From contig CAVXYC010000001.1 in the NCBI GenBank assembly GCA_963765765.1, positions 64,001-128,000 on the forward strand: 64,000 nucleotides of DNA, in the 5' to 3' direction. Positions 37,436-47,725 of the stretch are shown here, piece after piece. Position 1 is the stretch's first letter. Each line of letters opens with the position of its first letter. Made by a program: the position numbers and the translations under genes. The notes beneath the pieces are model-generated. The model saw only the letters and a list, made by a program, of their open reading frames with translations. It was not told the origin of the DNA and searched no databases. This stretch comes from an uncultured Chloroflexia bacterium. GTDB lineage: Bacteria; Chloroflexota; UBA6077; JACCZL01.

Positions 37436-38524
37436 TTGCACAATGAGAGACTCGCGATGACCCCTCCCGCACTCAAATCTCGCAGATCGGCTGGCCGATC
37501 TGCGAACTGGTTCACGGCTGCTGAGATCAGTCAGGTTGTCAACCAGACCTGGGGCAGCCAGGTTTGCACCGATGCCGCCGTTTCGAGCACCTGGACCGCG
37601 CTCGAAACCGCACTACGAGAGCATGAGCTACTGACCTGGGGCTGCGTCATCGGGTGTCTCTCCGCTATCGGCGTGCTGGCTCCCGGCTTTCGGCCGACCC
37701 GCGAGATGGGCGACGACGCGGCATTAGCGGCGCGGTATAAAGACCGACCCGAGCTTGGAAACTCTCGTGCGGGTGATGCCTCGCGGTACCGTGCGCGCGG
37801 CATCTATCCCATCGTCGGCCGTGCCGCCTATCGCCAATACGGCCGACGCCTCGATTTCCCCTTAGAGCGGCAACCCGAGCTGGCATTGGAGCCCGAGGTT
37901 GCGGTGGCGATCATGTTGACGGTGTTTATTGACCAGGGTCTTCCGAGATTGGCGACTCAGGGTGACTGGGATTCCATTCGGGGACTCACGAGCCCATCCT
38001 CACGCAATTGGACGAGCTTCATGGTGATAGTGCGGCGTCTGGAGGCCATCGCGGCGCACCGTGAGACGGATAGCAAGACGCGACTGAAGCCAGGGCAGAT
38101 CGTCCGCAACCCTACAAGCGCCGTCCACGATGACGCCGACCAGGGAACTGCCCAGCGCATGAAGATCTTTGCGCCGGAAGGTACGCCGATCTATGCACCC
38201 GTCGCGGGCAGCTCTTCCGCGGCCCTGGAGCGCAACGGTGGATTCGTCACGAGCATCGTAGGACAAGATGGCCGGGAGCATCGCCTGTGTCATGGCTCCA
38301 CACCGTTCCTGAGTGGCGACATCGCTCAGGGTCAGCTCATCGGTCGAGTGGGAAGCACTGGCACCGGCCCGGGAGGTTTTGCGTCCGCGGGCGGTGTGCC
38401 GTCGCACGTTGAGTACACGATCACTGAATCGCCGCCACGCGACGGGGAGGCTTACCAACACGCGGAGCCCGACTCCCGGGCGACTGGGAAGCTTCGAGCA
38501 TCGCGGCGAGGGCGACGATCATGA
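37436..38524 (+). CDS. GH19/lysozyme-like domain fused to an M23 peptidase-like domain, both degenerate
   Basis: ELGN..GDASRYRARG..GRAAY..YG..PELALEP (GH19-like); IFAPEGTPIYAP, GQLIGRVGSTG (M23-like). Confidence 0.7.
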   Translation: MHNERLAMTPPALKSRRSAGRSANWFTAAEISQVVNQTWGSQVCTDAAVSSTWTALETALREHELLTWGCVIGCLSAIGVLAPGFRPTREMGDDAALAARYKDRPELGNSRAGDASRYRARGIYPIVGRAAYRQYGRRLDFPLERQPELALEPEVAVAIMLTVFIDQGLPRLATQGDWDSIRGLTSPSSRNWTSFMVIVRRLEAIAAHRETDSKTRLKPGQIVRNPTSAVHDDADQGTAQRMKIFAPEGTPIYAPVAGSSSAALERNGGFVTSIVGQDGREHRLCHGSTPFLSGDIAQGQLIGRVGSTGTGPGGFASAGGVPSHVEYTITESPPRDGEAYQHAEPDSRATGKLRASRRGRRS

Positions 38525-39687
38525 GCGCCAGGGTCGGAATCGTTACCAACCAGGGCATTCTGCCAACGACCGAAGACCTCGCGGCTCTCGGCATGTTGGA
38601 CGGCTGGATCCGCATTCTCGTCCAGGACATCGATATGTTCGACCGAGATCTGCAGGCCCTGCAATGGCCAAGTAGCATCAATATCTGTGCGCTCCTCGAG
38701 GGACAGACTATTGGCATCGGGAACGACTTCGCTGGCTGGGTGCCCACCGTGCAGATGTTTGCGGAGAGGTTCCAAGGTCGGGTTCAGGCGGTGGAATGTG
38801 CCAATGAGCTCGACATCTGGCATTGGCAGCCGCCGGGCTGGGACCCCGTCCGCGAGGAAGGCCCATTCCCACCGGACCCACGGCTTACGCCGTCATTCGC
38901 GGCCGGCCTGATAAGGGATGCTGCGCCGCACCTGCATGCCGCGGGCATGAAGGTGATCGCCACGTCCGTAGCGAGCGGACGCTGGTTCGATTACCTGAGG
39001 GACATGGTCGCGGAGATCGGCGATGCCGCCGATTGGCAGGCATTCCATCCCTACGGTAAGAAGATAAACAACCACCCGCCCAGCGAGACATGGGGCGAGT
39101 TGAAGGAAGCGCTGGACCAGGCCTCGTCGCTGGCAGGCAGACCCCTGGTGCTGACCGAGCTCGGTGTGAAGCTTGGCGATGTTGGAGGTCCCAATGAGCA
39201 GGCAGAGTATGTCCGCAGGTTATTCGACCTCTCTGCCACGCTTCCAACGACGCAGCTTGCATTCTTTACCTATTTCGCCTGGAAGGACGACGTAGGTATC
39301 CCCGGGGAAGGCTCCTTCGGTCTGGTTGAGGCGGATGGAAGCTGGCGCGAGGCGTGTCGGGAGTTTCAGCGCTGTTGCGGCGGGCGACAACCCGTCCCTC
39401 TTCCTCGTCCCGACCCAGGTAATGGCGAGGTTCGGCCGCATCAGCCGGACGCCGTGTTTCAGCTTGGCTTTGCCGAATGGGCCTCACGAGAGCCGCAGCT
39501 TCTCGGTAACCCGATCGAGAACGAAGTGGGCCCATTTCCGGGACTCTCGCTCCAACGAACGGACCGTGGTCTGTTGCTCTGGACGAATGTGGACGGAGAC
39601 GCCTACCTCTTTGAAGATTTCGTGGCCGGTGGCCGATTTGTCTGGCGTGTGGGTTGGGAGGCGAGCCAGAGGGTGATGTCGTCCTAG
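38521..39687 (+). CDS. Clan GH-A glycoside hydrolase-like protein with a short C-terminal accessory domain
   Basis: ANELD, FHPY, LTELG, FAW, FGLV; ATGA overlap with the upstream gene. Confidence 0.75.
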   Translation: MSARVGIVTNQGILPTTEDLAALGMLDGWIRILVQDIDMFDRDLQALQWPSSINICALLEGQTIGIGNDFAGWVPTVQMFAERFQGRVQAVECANELDIWHWQPPGWDPVREEGPFPPDPRLTPSFAAGLIRDAAPHLHAAGMKVIATSVASGRWFDYLRDMVAEIGDAADWQAFHPYGKKINNHPPSETWGELKEALDQASSLAGRPLVLTELGVKLGDVGGPNEQAEYVRRLFDLSATLPTTQLAFFTYFAWKDDVGIPGEGSFGLVEADGSWREACREFQRCCGGRQPVPLPRPDPGNGEVRPHQPDAVFQLGFAEWASREPQLLGNPIENEVGPFPGLSLQRTDRGLLLWTNVDGDAYLFEDFVAGGRFVWRVGWEASQRVMSS

Positions 39688-40120
39688 CACCGCGGGAGTA
39701 GGCGTTGGGACCCGGCGATCCAAAAGGCCGGGTTGCCAGCATTGAACAGCCTTTGACTGCGGTGGTCCTCGCCGCTTTCACGCGAGGCTGGAAGCCGACC
39801 TCCGTGTCGCTCCGCTCGGTCGGAAAGCGGCGAGGACCACCGCAGTCCAAAGGGCTAGAACGATGATCGCCAGGACCTGTCCCCCGAAGGGAATGGGTCG
39901 AATGCCTACTCCGGACTCAGCGGGGTTCTTATCCATGGCCCGCGCTCCTACTGCCGAGACCTGGGGACGCTGTTCCCCAATTTATATGGATCACGCCGCG
40001 CTAGGCACCGTTTCGTTGCGTCCGGTTGCAACGTCAATCCGGCGCGGAGCAAGCGGGTGAGCCTTCGGTACGCAGTCTGCGCTAATGGACCATTGAAAGT
40101 ACCGGGGTAACAAACCACTT

Positions 40121-40534
40121 ATGGCATCCAATAATCCGCGCACGATATCGATACTCGTGGTCGAAGACGACGTCGCCGTCGCCGAGCTCATCCGCACCTT
40201 ACTTAATGACGTACCCGGATGGGGTGCTACGGTCGTCCACGACGCCGCCGCGGCTCGCCAGGTCTTTCAGGTCGTCCAGATCGAGGCGCTGGTGATCGAC
40301 GTCAATCTTCCGGGCATCTCGGGGATAGAGCTCATTCAGCTCCTCAGACAGGATGCAGCGTGGAACGAGCCCCCCATATTGATGATGTCAGCCGACCCGA
40401 GTCAGCCCAAGATCAATGATGCCCTACGGACCGGACTAGTGACCGATTTTATCGCCAAGCCGTTTGATGTGGACCAGCTCGTCGCTAAGCTCAAAGATGC
40501 GCTCGAAGCGAGTTCAACCGAGAGTCTGTCCTGA
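40121..40534 (+). CDS. Single-domain response regulator (receiver)
   Basis: ILVVEDD, IDVNLPGISG, MMSA, FIAKPF. Confidence 0.93.
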   Translation: MASNNPRTISILVVEDDVAVAELIRTLLNDVPGWGATVVHDAAAARQVFQVVQIEALVIDVNLPGISGIELIQLLRQDAAWNEPPILMMSADPSQPKINDALRTGLVTDFIAKPFDVDQLVAKLKDALEASSTESLS

Positions 40535-40872
40535 GACTCGGTCAGCCGAACAGGATAATCCTGGAACAGCAAGAGATTCGAATCAGTGGGCACCGTCTCA
40601 TGAAAGTCACCGTCATCTCTCCCATCCGCCGTTTGCCCGTGTCATGCCGAGGGACGAGGCATCTCCCGCACATCCACCAATCCGCAGCGAAGCAACCGGT
40701 CCATTTCGGTTACGCGTGCTCCGATGTTCGGGAGATGTTTCGTCCCTCAGCATGACAAGGCCATTGGAACCGAGCATCGATGCCGATGTTCGTGGCGTGT
40801 GCGTGCACTCGAGCGCATTACTCATCTCAGAGGGTTAACCAGCTCGAAGAGCCTCGGGGCAGCGCGGCGCAG

Positions 40873-42063
40873 TTAGCCGGTTGGCTCTGAAAGGTGTAGT
40901 TTGGGAAGGGCAATCACGACAGTGGTGCCGAGGCCGGCACCCTCGCTTTCCGCCCTGATTTGCCCACCGTGGGCTTCAACAATCGACCTGGCAATGAACA
41001 GACCGAGGCCCAATCCTTCCGCACCGGAGGCGTGCTCTCTAACTCGGTAGAACTCGTCGAAGATTCGGTCCGCCGCGTCAGGCGGGAGTCCCAGACCGTG
41101 GTCCTGCACGCTGATTTCCACGAGGGATCCTCGGTCTACCATCTTTACCGTGATCTCCGTGCCTGGGGGTGAATACTTCACCGCGTTGGTGAGCAGATTT
41201 TGCAATACACGATCCAATCGTTCGCCGTCCCACTCGCCGACAATTGTCACGTTGGGATCATCAAAACGGATCGCATGCCCCTGGGCAATGACGGCCAGAG
41301 CATCCACGGCCGAGCGGACGAGCGCGACTCCGTCCGTTGGCTGTCGCTTGAGCTCAAGCTGACCACCTTCAATCTCACCGATTTCCAGCAGGTCATCGGT
41401 CATGCGCTGGAGCCGATTGGCCGCATCCAGGATCGGCTGGGCCATTGATGGGTCCGGTTGTTCGCGACGCAAGATGAGCTGCGCCCAACCTTTTACTGAC
41501 GTGATCGGCGTCCGTAGATCATGCAGAATCGTGGCGAGGACCTGCTTCCGAGCATGCTCCACACGCTCCAGTAAGGCCTCAATTGCGAGCGAGATGGCAC
41601 CGTCCAGGGCGTCATTTACTAGAAGTGCTGCAGCGGAGACATCGTCTACGGGGGCGTCCTCGGGTAGATCAGTCCGTAGCGTGCGCCAGATCTCCTGACG
41701 GAGAAGCCGAAACTCCACGACAACATCGGCCGGTTTTAAACCCTGCAGGGCACGGGCGCGAGAATGGCGTTGGGCGGCGGCGCGAATATCGGGCTCTTCT
41801 AACGGCGGTCCGGCGTCAACGGATGGCGGCCCGTGCCGGAAAAGGAACTCGATCAGCGCATCCAGTAACGCGGGAATGTCGTCAGCAACCGCGTGATCAC
41901 GCCGTCCGTCGTGAAATGGTTGCGCGGATGCAGCATCAAGCCATCGATCGAGAATCGCTTCTCGGTGCGAGCGTAGGACCTGGGCGACCCACACGAGGTT
42001 GGCGTCGCGCGCAAGCGAGCCAGCTCGGACGGTGACGTCCACTTCAACCGGCGGAAGCGACAC
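40873..42063 (-). CDS. Soluble sensor histidine kinase with an RsbRD_N-like N-terminal domain
   Basis: HDLRTP H-box, NLLTNAVKYS, DHGLG, GLGLGL; N-terminal H...R..QG....VV.EF..LR pattern. Confidence 0.9.
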   Translation of the reverse strand: MSLPPVEVDVTVRAGSLARDANLVWVAQVLRSHREAILDRWLDAASAQPFHDGRRDHAVADDIPALLDALIEFLFRHGPPSVDAGPPLEEPDIRAAAQRHSRARALQGLKPADVVVEFRLLRQEIWRTLRTDLPEDAPVDDVSAAALLVNDALDGAISLAIEALLERVEHARKQVLATILHDLRTPITSVKGWAQLILRREQPDPSMAQPILDAANRLQRMTDDLLEIGEIEGGQLELKRQPTDGVALVRSAVDALAVIAQGHAIRFDDPNVTIVGEWDGERLDRVLQNLLTNAVKYSPPGTEITVKMVDRGSLVEISVQDHGLGLPPDAADRIFDEFYRVREHASGAEGLGLGLFIARSIVEAHGGQIRAESEGAGLGTTVVIALPKLHLSEPTG

Positions 42064-42215
42064 GACGACCTCGAACGCGAATTTCCGTCATTATGGCGCA
42101 TTCCAGTCCATGGGTCGTCATATTACGCAGTCGAGGCTACAGCCATGTAGAGTAAGGGCCTGATGGAGATTTAGAGTAGTGGCGCTTCGGCTTGCAGGCT
42201 GAGGGAGGTACGCAG

Positions 42216-43607
42216 ATGACGACCTGGACACCTGATTCGACGTTCTATCCGTCCGCGAAGATGGCGATGGAAAGTCCGGCCGAGACACTGGCCTATGTGG
42301 CGGTGCTCAGTCCCGAGGGAACCGGTAAGACGGATTCGCTTTCCGTCGTCGACGTGGACCCGAGCTCATCCACTTACGGTCGTGAGCTTACACGTCTACC
42401 GATGCCGAACATGGGCGATGAGCTGCATCACTTCGGCTGGAACGCCTGCAGCGCCGCGCTGTGTCCTACCATGCCACACCCGCATGTTGAGCGGCGCTAC
42501 CTGCTTATTCCAGGACTCCGATCTTCACGCATGTACATCGTGGACACGAAGCCGGATCCACGCGCCCCGCAGATCATCAAGACGATCGAGCCGGATGAGA
42601 TCCAGGCGAAGAGTGGGTACAGCCGTCCGCACACAGTGCACTGCGGCCCAGACGGCATTTACGTAGTGGCGCTGGGAGCGCCCGACGGCGAAGGCCCGGG
42701 CGGTATCTTCCAGATGGACCACACGACGTTCGACGTCAAAGGCCCCTGGGAAGCAGATCGCGGACCACAGTACCTCTCGTACGACTTCTGGTGGAACCTC
42801 GGTCAGGATTACCTGGTCACCAGTGAGTGGGGCACGCCAAACATGGTGGAGCACGGGGTGAACCCAGAGCTTCTTCTGGCCGGCAAGTACGGGCACCAGG
42901 TGCATGTCTGGGATATGCGGAATCGGAAGCACGTCCAGACGCTGGATCTCGGCGCGGAGCAGCAGATGGTGCTGGAGTTGCGACCCGCGCATGACCCCAA
43001 CAAGGCCTACGGGTTTGTGGGTGTCGTGACCAGTCTGGCCGATCTCTCCGCATCGATCTGGCTCTGGTACCGCGAGGGCGAGACCTGGAGCATCAAGAAG
43101 GTCATTGAGATTCCCGCCGAGCCAGCCGACGCTGAGCTGTTGCCTCCATTGCTGAAGGGCTTCAGCGCAGTGCCGCCGCTCATTACCGACATCAATCTCA
43201 GCCTGGACGACAAGTTCCTGTACGTTTCGTGCTTCGGCACCGGCGAGTTCCGCCAGTACGACGTCTCGGATCCGCATAACCCCGTGCAAACGGGCTCCGT
43301 GCACCTGGGCGGAATCGTGCGCAAGGTGGAGCACCCACGGGCCGGCGCTGTCAATGGAGCACCGCAGATGGTCGAGGTGAGTCGGGACGGCCGGCGCATC
43401 TACCTTACGAACTCGCTCTATGCCGCCTGGGATGCGCAGTTCTATCCTGAGGGCATCAATGGCTGGATGGTGAAACTTGATGCCGATCCCAACGGCGGCA
43501 TAAGGCTAGATCCCGATCTGTTCGTGGGATTCGGCGCGGAGCGCCCACATCAGGTTCGGCTTCAGGGCGGGGACGCGTCGTCTGATTCTTACTGCTATCC
43601 GAGCTAA
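42216..43607 (+). CDS. Selenium-binding protein SBP56 family (methanethiol oxidase-like), copy 1
   Basis: GDELHHFGWNACS, PHTVHC, YDFWW, SEWG, GAPQM, TNSLY..WD.QFYP, GGDASSD. Confidence 0.93.
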   Translation: MTTWTPDSTFYPSAKMAMESPAETLAYVAVLSPEGTGKTDSLSVVDVDPSSSTYGRELTRLPMPNMGDELHHFGWNACSAALCPTMPHPHVERRYLLIPGLRSSRMYIVDTKPDPRAPQIIKTIEPDEIQAKSGYSRPHTVHCGPDGIYVVALGAPDGEGPGGIFQMDHTTFDVKGPWEADRGPQYLSYDFWWNLGQDYLVTSEWGTPNMVEHGVNPELLLAGKYGHQVHVWDMRNRKHVQTLDLGAEQQMVLELRPAHDPNKAYGFVGVVTSLADLSASIWLWYREGETWSIKKVIEIPAEPADAELLPPLLKGFSAVPPLITDINLSLDDKFLYVSCFGTGEFRQYDVSDPHNPVQTGSVHLGGIVRKVEHPRAGAVNGAPQMVEVSRDGRRIYLTNSLYAAWDAQFYPEGINGWMVKLDADPNGGIRLDPDLFVGFGAERPHQVRLQGGDASSDSYCYPS

Positions 43608-43626
43608 GGTTTACTCCGCCGCGCTC

Positions 43627-43693
43627 TGGGAGAGGGTTGAGGTGAGGGCTCTTCGTGTGTGATATCACTCAACCCCACCCCAGCCCTCTCCCA
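43627..43693. repeat. REP-like inverted pair (family B, as at 25707)
   Basis: TGGGAGAGGGTTGAGGTGAGGG ... CCCCACCCCAGCCCTCTCCCA. Confidence 0.7.
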
Positions 43694-43725
43694 AGGGGCG
43701 ACGAAGCCACAATCGGACTTAGCTA

Positions 43726-44397
43726 ATGCAGGATCTGGCGGTCTGGGCGCCGCTCATCATGTTGGGTGCGTATCACGGTGTGAATCCCGGTATGGGATGG
43801 CTCTTCGCCGTGGCGCTTGGCTTGCAGGAGAAGCGACGCGGAGCGGTGGTTGGGGCGTTTGGACCGATTGCCGTGGGGCACGCTCTTTCCGTCGCGGTGG
43901 TCATAGCCCTAGTTGCGGTCCTGCATTACTTCATTGACTCGGCGGCCCTCAGAATCGTGGGCGCGGCGGTACTAGTGGCCTTTGGCATCTACAAATTGGT
44001 GGCACCGCTGTCCCATCCGCGCTGGGTGGGCATGCGCGTGGGCAAGCGCGACCTTGTCGCGTGGTCATTTCTCATGTCCACGGCTCACGGCGCGGGCTTG
44101 ATGCTTGTCCCGTTGATCCTGAGGCTTCCGAGTTCGTCAGCCGGCCCGCACAGTGCGCATGCGGCGACGCTGCAGCAAGCGGCCTCTGTTGACATCAACG
44201 GACTCAGTGCGTTTGGAGTCCCTGAGCTCTTCGCTCTCGGGCTTCATACCGCGGCGATGTTCGCAGTGATGGCGATCGTCGCGCTTGTCGTGTTCGAGAA
44301 GATCGGGCTGGCGATCCTGCGACGCGCCTGGTTCAATCTCGACCGCGTCTGGGCCGGCGCGCTCATCTGCGCCGGTTGGATCACGCTGCTCGTCTAG
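43726..44397 (+). CDS. Multi-TM His-motif membrane protein next to SBP56 (NiCoT/UreH-like metal permease candidate)
   Basis: About 6 TM helices; YHGVNPGMGW, GHALSV, MSTAHGAG, GPHSAHAA, LHTAAM. Confidence 0.75.
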   Translation: MQDLAVWAPLIMLGAYHGVNPGMGWLFAVALGLQEKRRGAVVGAFGPIAVGHALSVAVVIALVAVLHYFIDSAALRIVGAAVLVAFGIYKLVAPLSHPRWVGMRVGKRDLVAWSFLMSTAHGAGLMLVPLILRLPSSSAGPHSAHAATLQQAASVDINGLSAFGVPELFALGLHTAAMFAVMAIVALVVFEKIGLAILRRAWFNLDRVWAGALICAGWITLLV

Positions 44398-44414
44398 CCC
44401 AGCTCCAGCCCAAA

Positions 44415-44447
44415 CAGAGTCGCATCCCGTAAGGGTGCGGTTCCTCT
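44415..44447. repeat. REP-like element (family A, degenerate copy of 9866)
   Basis: CAGAGTCGCATCCCGTAAGGGTGCGGTTCCTCT. Confidence 0.6.
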
Positions 44448-44610
44448 CGCGATATACGCATACGCGACTGTAGACACCAATCAACGTCAGAGCCGCGCAC
44501 GTGAAGACCGTGCAGTGGATCACAGGCTCACGGCCACGATCAAGCTCGTGCTGCTCAAGATGTTGGGGAGCCAGGGCTGAGTCCGCCCCATCAAACGCGT
44601 AACGGTCGAT

Positions 44611-45356
44611 ATGCGCCATGAGATTCCGCGCTACCGCTTCCTGGACACAATTCGGGCATACGCTCTGGACCAGCTTCGCGCTTCGGATGATGCTGGCCCG
44701 ACTCAACTGCGGTACCAGGAGTGGTGTGTCGACTTGCTCCATGCTGCTCGGTTTGAGCTCTGGAGATCGGACCAGATCAATTGGATGGCTTGGCTGGACC
44801 GCGAGATAGACAACGTCCGCGCAGCGCTGGACTGGAGCGCACTCAACCCGGCGAGCGTGGGAGAGGTCTTCGAGCGATGCTCCTTTGCACTCTTTCGTTA
44901 CTGGGATGTGCGCGGCTCCGTGGGTGAAGCCCGAAACCGATTCAGTACTTTGCTCGAACAGGCGCCCCGCAGAGCTTCCGTAGTGGGAATTGCCCAGACC
45001 CAGGCGTACTTGGCGTAGTTCCAGATGATGGGGGCGAGACCACAGACGTGCGCGAGCAAGTGTTGGCGGCGGAGGCGCTCGTACGGATCGCCGATGACGC
45101 CGAAGCGCTTATCCAAACCCTCTACCTGTCGCTGATGGTTCATGAACTCCTCCACGATCTGACGCCCGTGGAGCGGCTGTGTCGGGATGGGCTCGCGATT
45201 GGCGAAACCATCGATCACCCGTATCGCTCAGGACCGTGGCTCAACAGTCTCGGGCTGCTCGCATATATGCAAGGACATTCTGAAGAGGGCGATCGCCTTT
45301 TCGATGAGTGCCGTCGTGTCACCGAGTCCCAGGGCGAATATTTCCATGCTTGGTGA
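44611..45356 (+). pseudogene. Truncated paralog of the ATPase/TPR regulator at 47726
   Basis: PRYRFLDTIRA..EIDNVRAALDW..CSF.L.RYWDVRG..EAR.RFS shared; in-frame TAG at 45016-45018; lacks N- and C-termini. Confidence 0.8.
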
Positions 45357-45600
45357 GTGGGCCCGGAGGTCCATCTTTTGTCTCACTACGAGCACTCACT
45401 ACGAGTGCTTAGAACCGCGGACGTTCCCGGACCGCTCCCCACAAACCAAAGGGCCGCTCCATTTCTTCACCAATTTCAAGATTGGCCAAAGGGACGCGCG
45501 AGGGGACGCGGTAGGGGACGCTGAGCGGACGGTTGGTTTCTAGAGTGACTCCTGAGAGCGGGCCGCGGGCTCGCCAACCGAATCAAGAAAGGAGCCACTC

Positions 45601-46989
45601 ATGAGCATGTGGACACCGGACGCCACCTTCTATCGGTCTGCGTTCATGGCCACTCAGGCGCCACCCGAGCGCCTCGCCTACGTGGCGGTGCTCAACCCGA
45701 GTGACGACGAGTCTGACTCGCTCGCCGTGCTCGACGTTGATCCCTCGTCGGCCAGCTACGGGCAGGAGATCCACCGTCTGCGCTTTCCCTATGTGGGCGA
45801 CGAGCTGCATCACTTCGGTTGGAACGCGTGCAGCGCTGCCCTCTGCTCCAGCATGCCTCATCCGCACGTGGAGCGCCGTTACCTGCTGCTGCCAGGACAG
45901 CGCTCGTCGCGCATGTACGTGGTCGATACGAAGCCGGATCCACGAGCTCCCCAGCTGGTGAAGACTATCGAGCCGAACGAGCTCGAGTCGCGCAGCGGTT
46001 ATAGCCGTCCGCACACCGTGCACTGTGGACCGGACGGCATATACGTTGTGGCATTGGGAAAGCCCGACGGCGAAGGCCCCGGCGGCATATTTTGCATGGA
46101 CGACACCAGCTTTGAGGTGAAGGGACCGTGGGAAGCCGAGCGCGGATCGCAGTATCTAGCCTATGACTTCTGGTGGAACCTGGGTCAGGACTACGTGGTG
46201 ACAAGCGAGTGGGGCACGCCCAACATGGTGGAGCGGGGCGTAAACCCGGAGCTGCTGCTAGCCGGTAAGTACGGCCATCAGGTGCACGTCTGGGACATGC
46301 GTAGTCGGAAGCACCTTCAGGCCCTGGACCTGGGGGCGGAGCAGCAGATGGTGCTGGAGCTGCGGCCGGCGCACGACCCAAGCCAGGCTTACGGCTTCGT
46401 CGGTGTGGTCACTAGTCTGGCGGACCATTCTGCCTCCGTCTGGATGTGGTACTGCGAGGGATCCAAATGGCGCATTCGCAAGGTCATCGAAGTGCCTGCC
46501 GAGCCGGCCGAGGCGGAGCTGTTGCCTCCCTTACTCAAGGGTTTCGGTGCCGTTCCCCCCTTGATCACCGACATCAACCTCAGCCTCGATGATCGGCTTC
46601 TTTACGTGTCCTGCTTTGGGACGGGTGAGTTTCGACAATACGACGTCTCGGATCCATTCAACCCGAGGTTGACCGGCTCGGTCCACCTCGGGGGCATCGC
46701 ACGGCGAGCGGAGCACCCTCGCATGGGGCCGCTAAACGGAGCGCCGCAGATGGTGGAGATCAGCCGCGACGGTCGGCGAGTGTACCTCACCAACTCTCTC
46801 TACGCGGCCTGGGATGCTCAGTTCTACCCCGATGGCATCAATGGCTGGATGGTGAAGCTGGACGCTGAGCCGGGCGGCGGGATGCGCGTGGACCCGGAGC
46901 TCTTTGTTGACTTCGGTGGCGAGCGTCCGCACCAGGTTCGCCTTCAAGGCGGGGACGCCTCGTCTGACTCCTACTGCTATCCGAGCTAA
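45601..46989 (+). CDS. Selenium-binding protein SBP56 family (methanethiol oxidase-like), copy 2
   Basis: Same motifs as copy 1 and identical C-terminus ERPHQVRLQGGDASSDSYCYPS; AAGGAG SD. Confidence 0.93.
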   Translation: MSMWTPDATFYRSAFMATQAPPERLAYVAVLNPSDDESDSLAVLDVDPSSASYGQEIHRLRFPYVGDELHHFGWNACSAALCSSMPHPHVERRYLLLPGQRSSRMYVVDTKPDPRAPQLVKTIEPNELESRSGYSRPHTVHCGPDGIYVVALGKPDGEGPGGIFCMDDTSFEVKGPWEAERGSQYLAYDFWWNLGQDYVVTSEWGTPNMVERGVNPELLLAGKYGHQVHVWDMRSRKHLQALDLGAEQQMVLELRPAHDPSQAYGFVGVVTSLADHSASVWMWYCEGSKWRIRKVIEVPAEPAEAELLPPLLKGFGAVPPLITDINLSLDDRLLYVSCFGTGEFRQYDVSDPFNPRLTGSVHLGGIARRAEHPRMGPLNGAPQMVEISRDGRRVYLTNSLYAAWDAQFYPDGINGWMVKLDAEPGGGMRVDPELFVDFGGERPHQVRLQGGDASSDSYCYPS

Positions 46990-47019
46990 CGCCCAATAGC
47001 ACGTCCTCCCACCAGGGAG

Positions 47020-47478
47020 AGAGCGTCAGAGCAAGTGCGCCCGGGACTCGACCGTGGAAAGAGCCTGGACTTGACGTGGACAACGTGAAGCTCAAGAAAG
47101 GCACGCACACACTCAGCGCCATTGCGGACGTGAAGAATGCGGTCACCGAATCCGAAGAGAACAACAACAACATGTCCATCAGCGTGCGTTGCAAGGATGA
47201 GTGACGGATGCGTGACAAGTGATGGACACGTGCCGCCCGGGCCGCGTTTGTCCATCACCCTTCACTCTTAGTTTCCTTTGGAAGGTGAACATCATCTAGA
47301 CATCGAGCGCAACATCGGTATCCGGCTTGGACGCTGGCAAACGGGAGACTTGCCTCTGGACGATGTGAAACTCAAGAAGGGCGACCACTGCGGCACGGCC
47401 ACCGTGAAGCTCGAGTCGAGCGACTCCAATGAGACGCTCGGTAAGCGATCCGTCACGGTGAGCTGCGAGAAGAAGTAG
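47020..47478 (+). pseudogene. Two CARDB-like C-terminal fragments
   Basis: DNVKLKKGTHTLSAIADVKNAVTESEENNN...VRCKDE* (ends 47204) and DDVKLKKGDH...SVTVSCEKK* (ends 47478). Confidence 0.55.
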
Positions 47479-47725
47479 CCGCTCTGCGCTCACCGACGTC
47501 TTGTCTGACCGGCCCACTGACGACCGCTTAAACGATTAAATCACTCCGGCGGTGGTCACGTCCGGGGCCGCCATTCCGGCTGGGTCGGGCCGGCAAGATG
47601 ATGTCGGACAGTGCTACGCCTCCCGTGTCACCCAAGAAACTGCTTGCCTGTGAGTTCCGCGGATGGTAGGGTCCCTCGCAAACACCCGACGCGATCGGGC
47701 TGGCATCTGGCAGGTGCGAGCGGAC

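Noticed and set aside
37436-39687. Prophage lysis cassette
   Set aside because: No holin, structural, integrase or replication genes nearby
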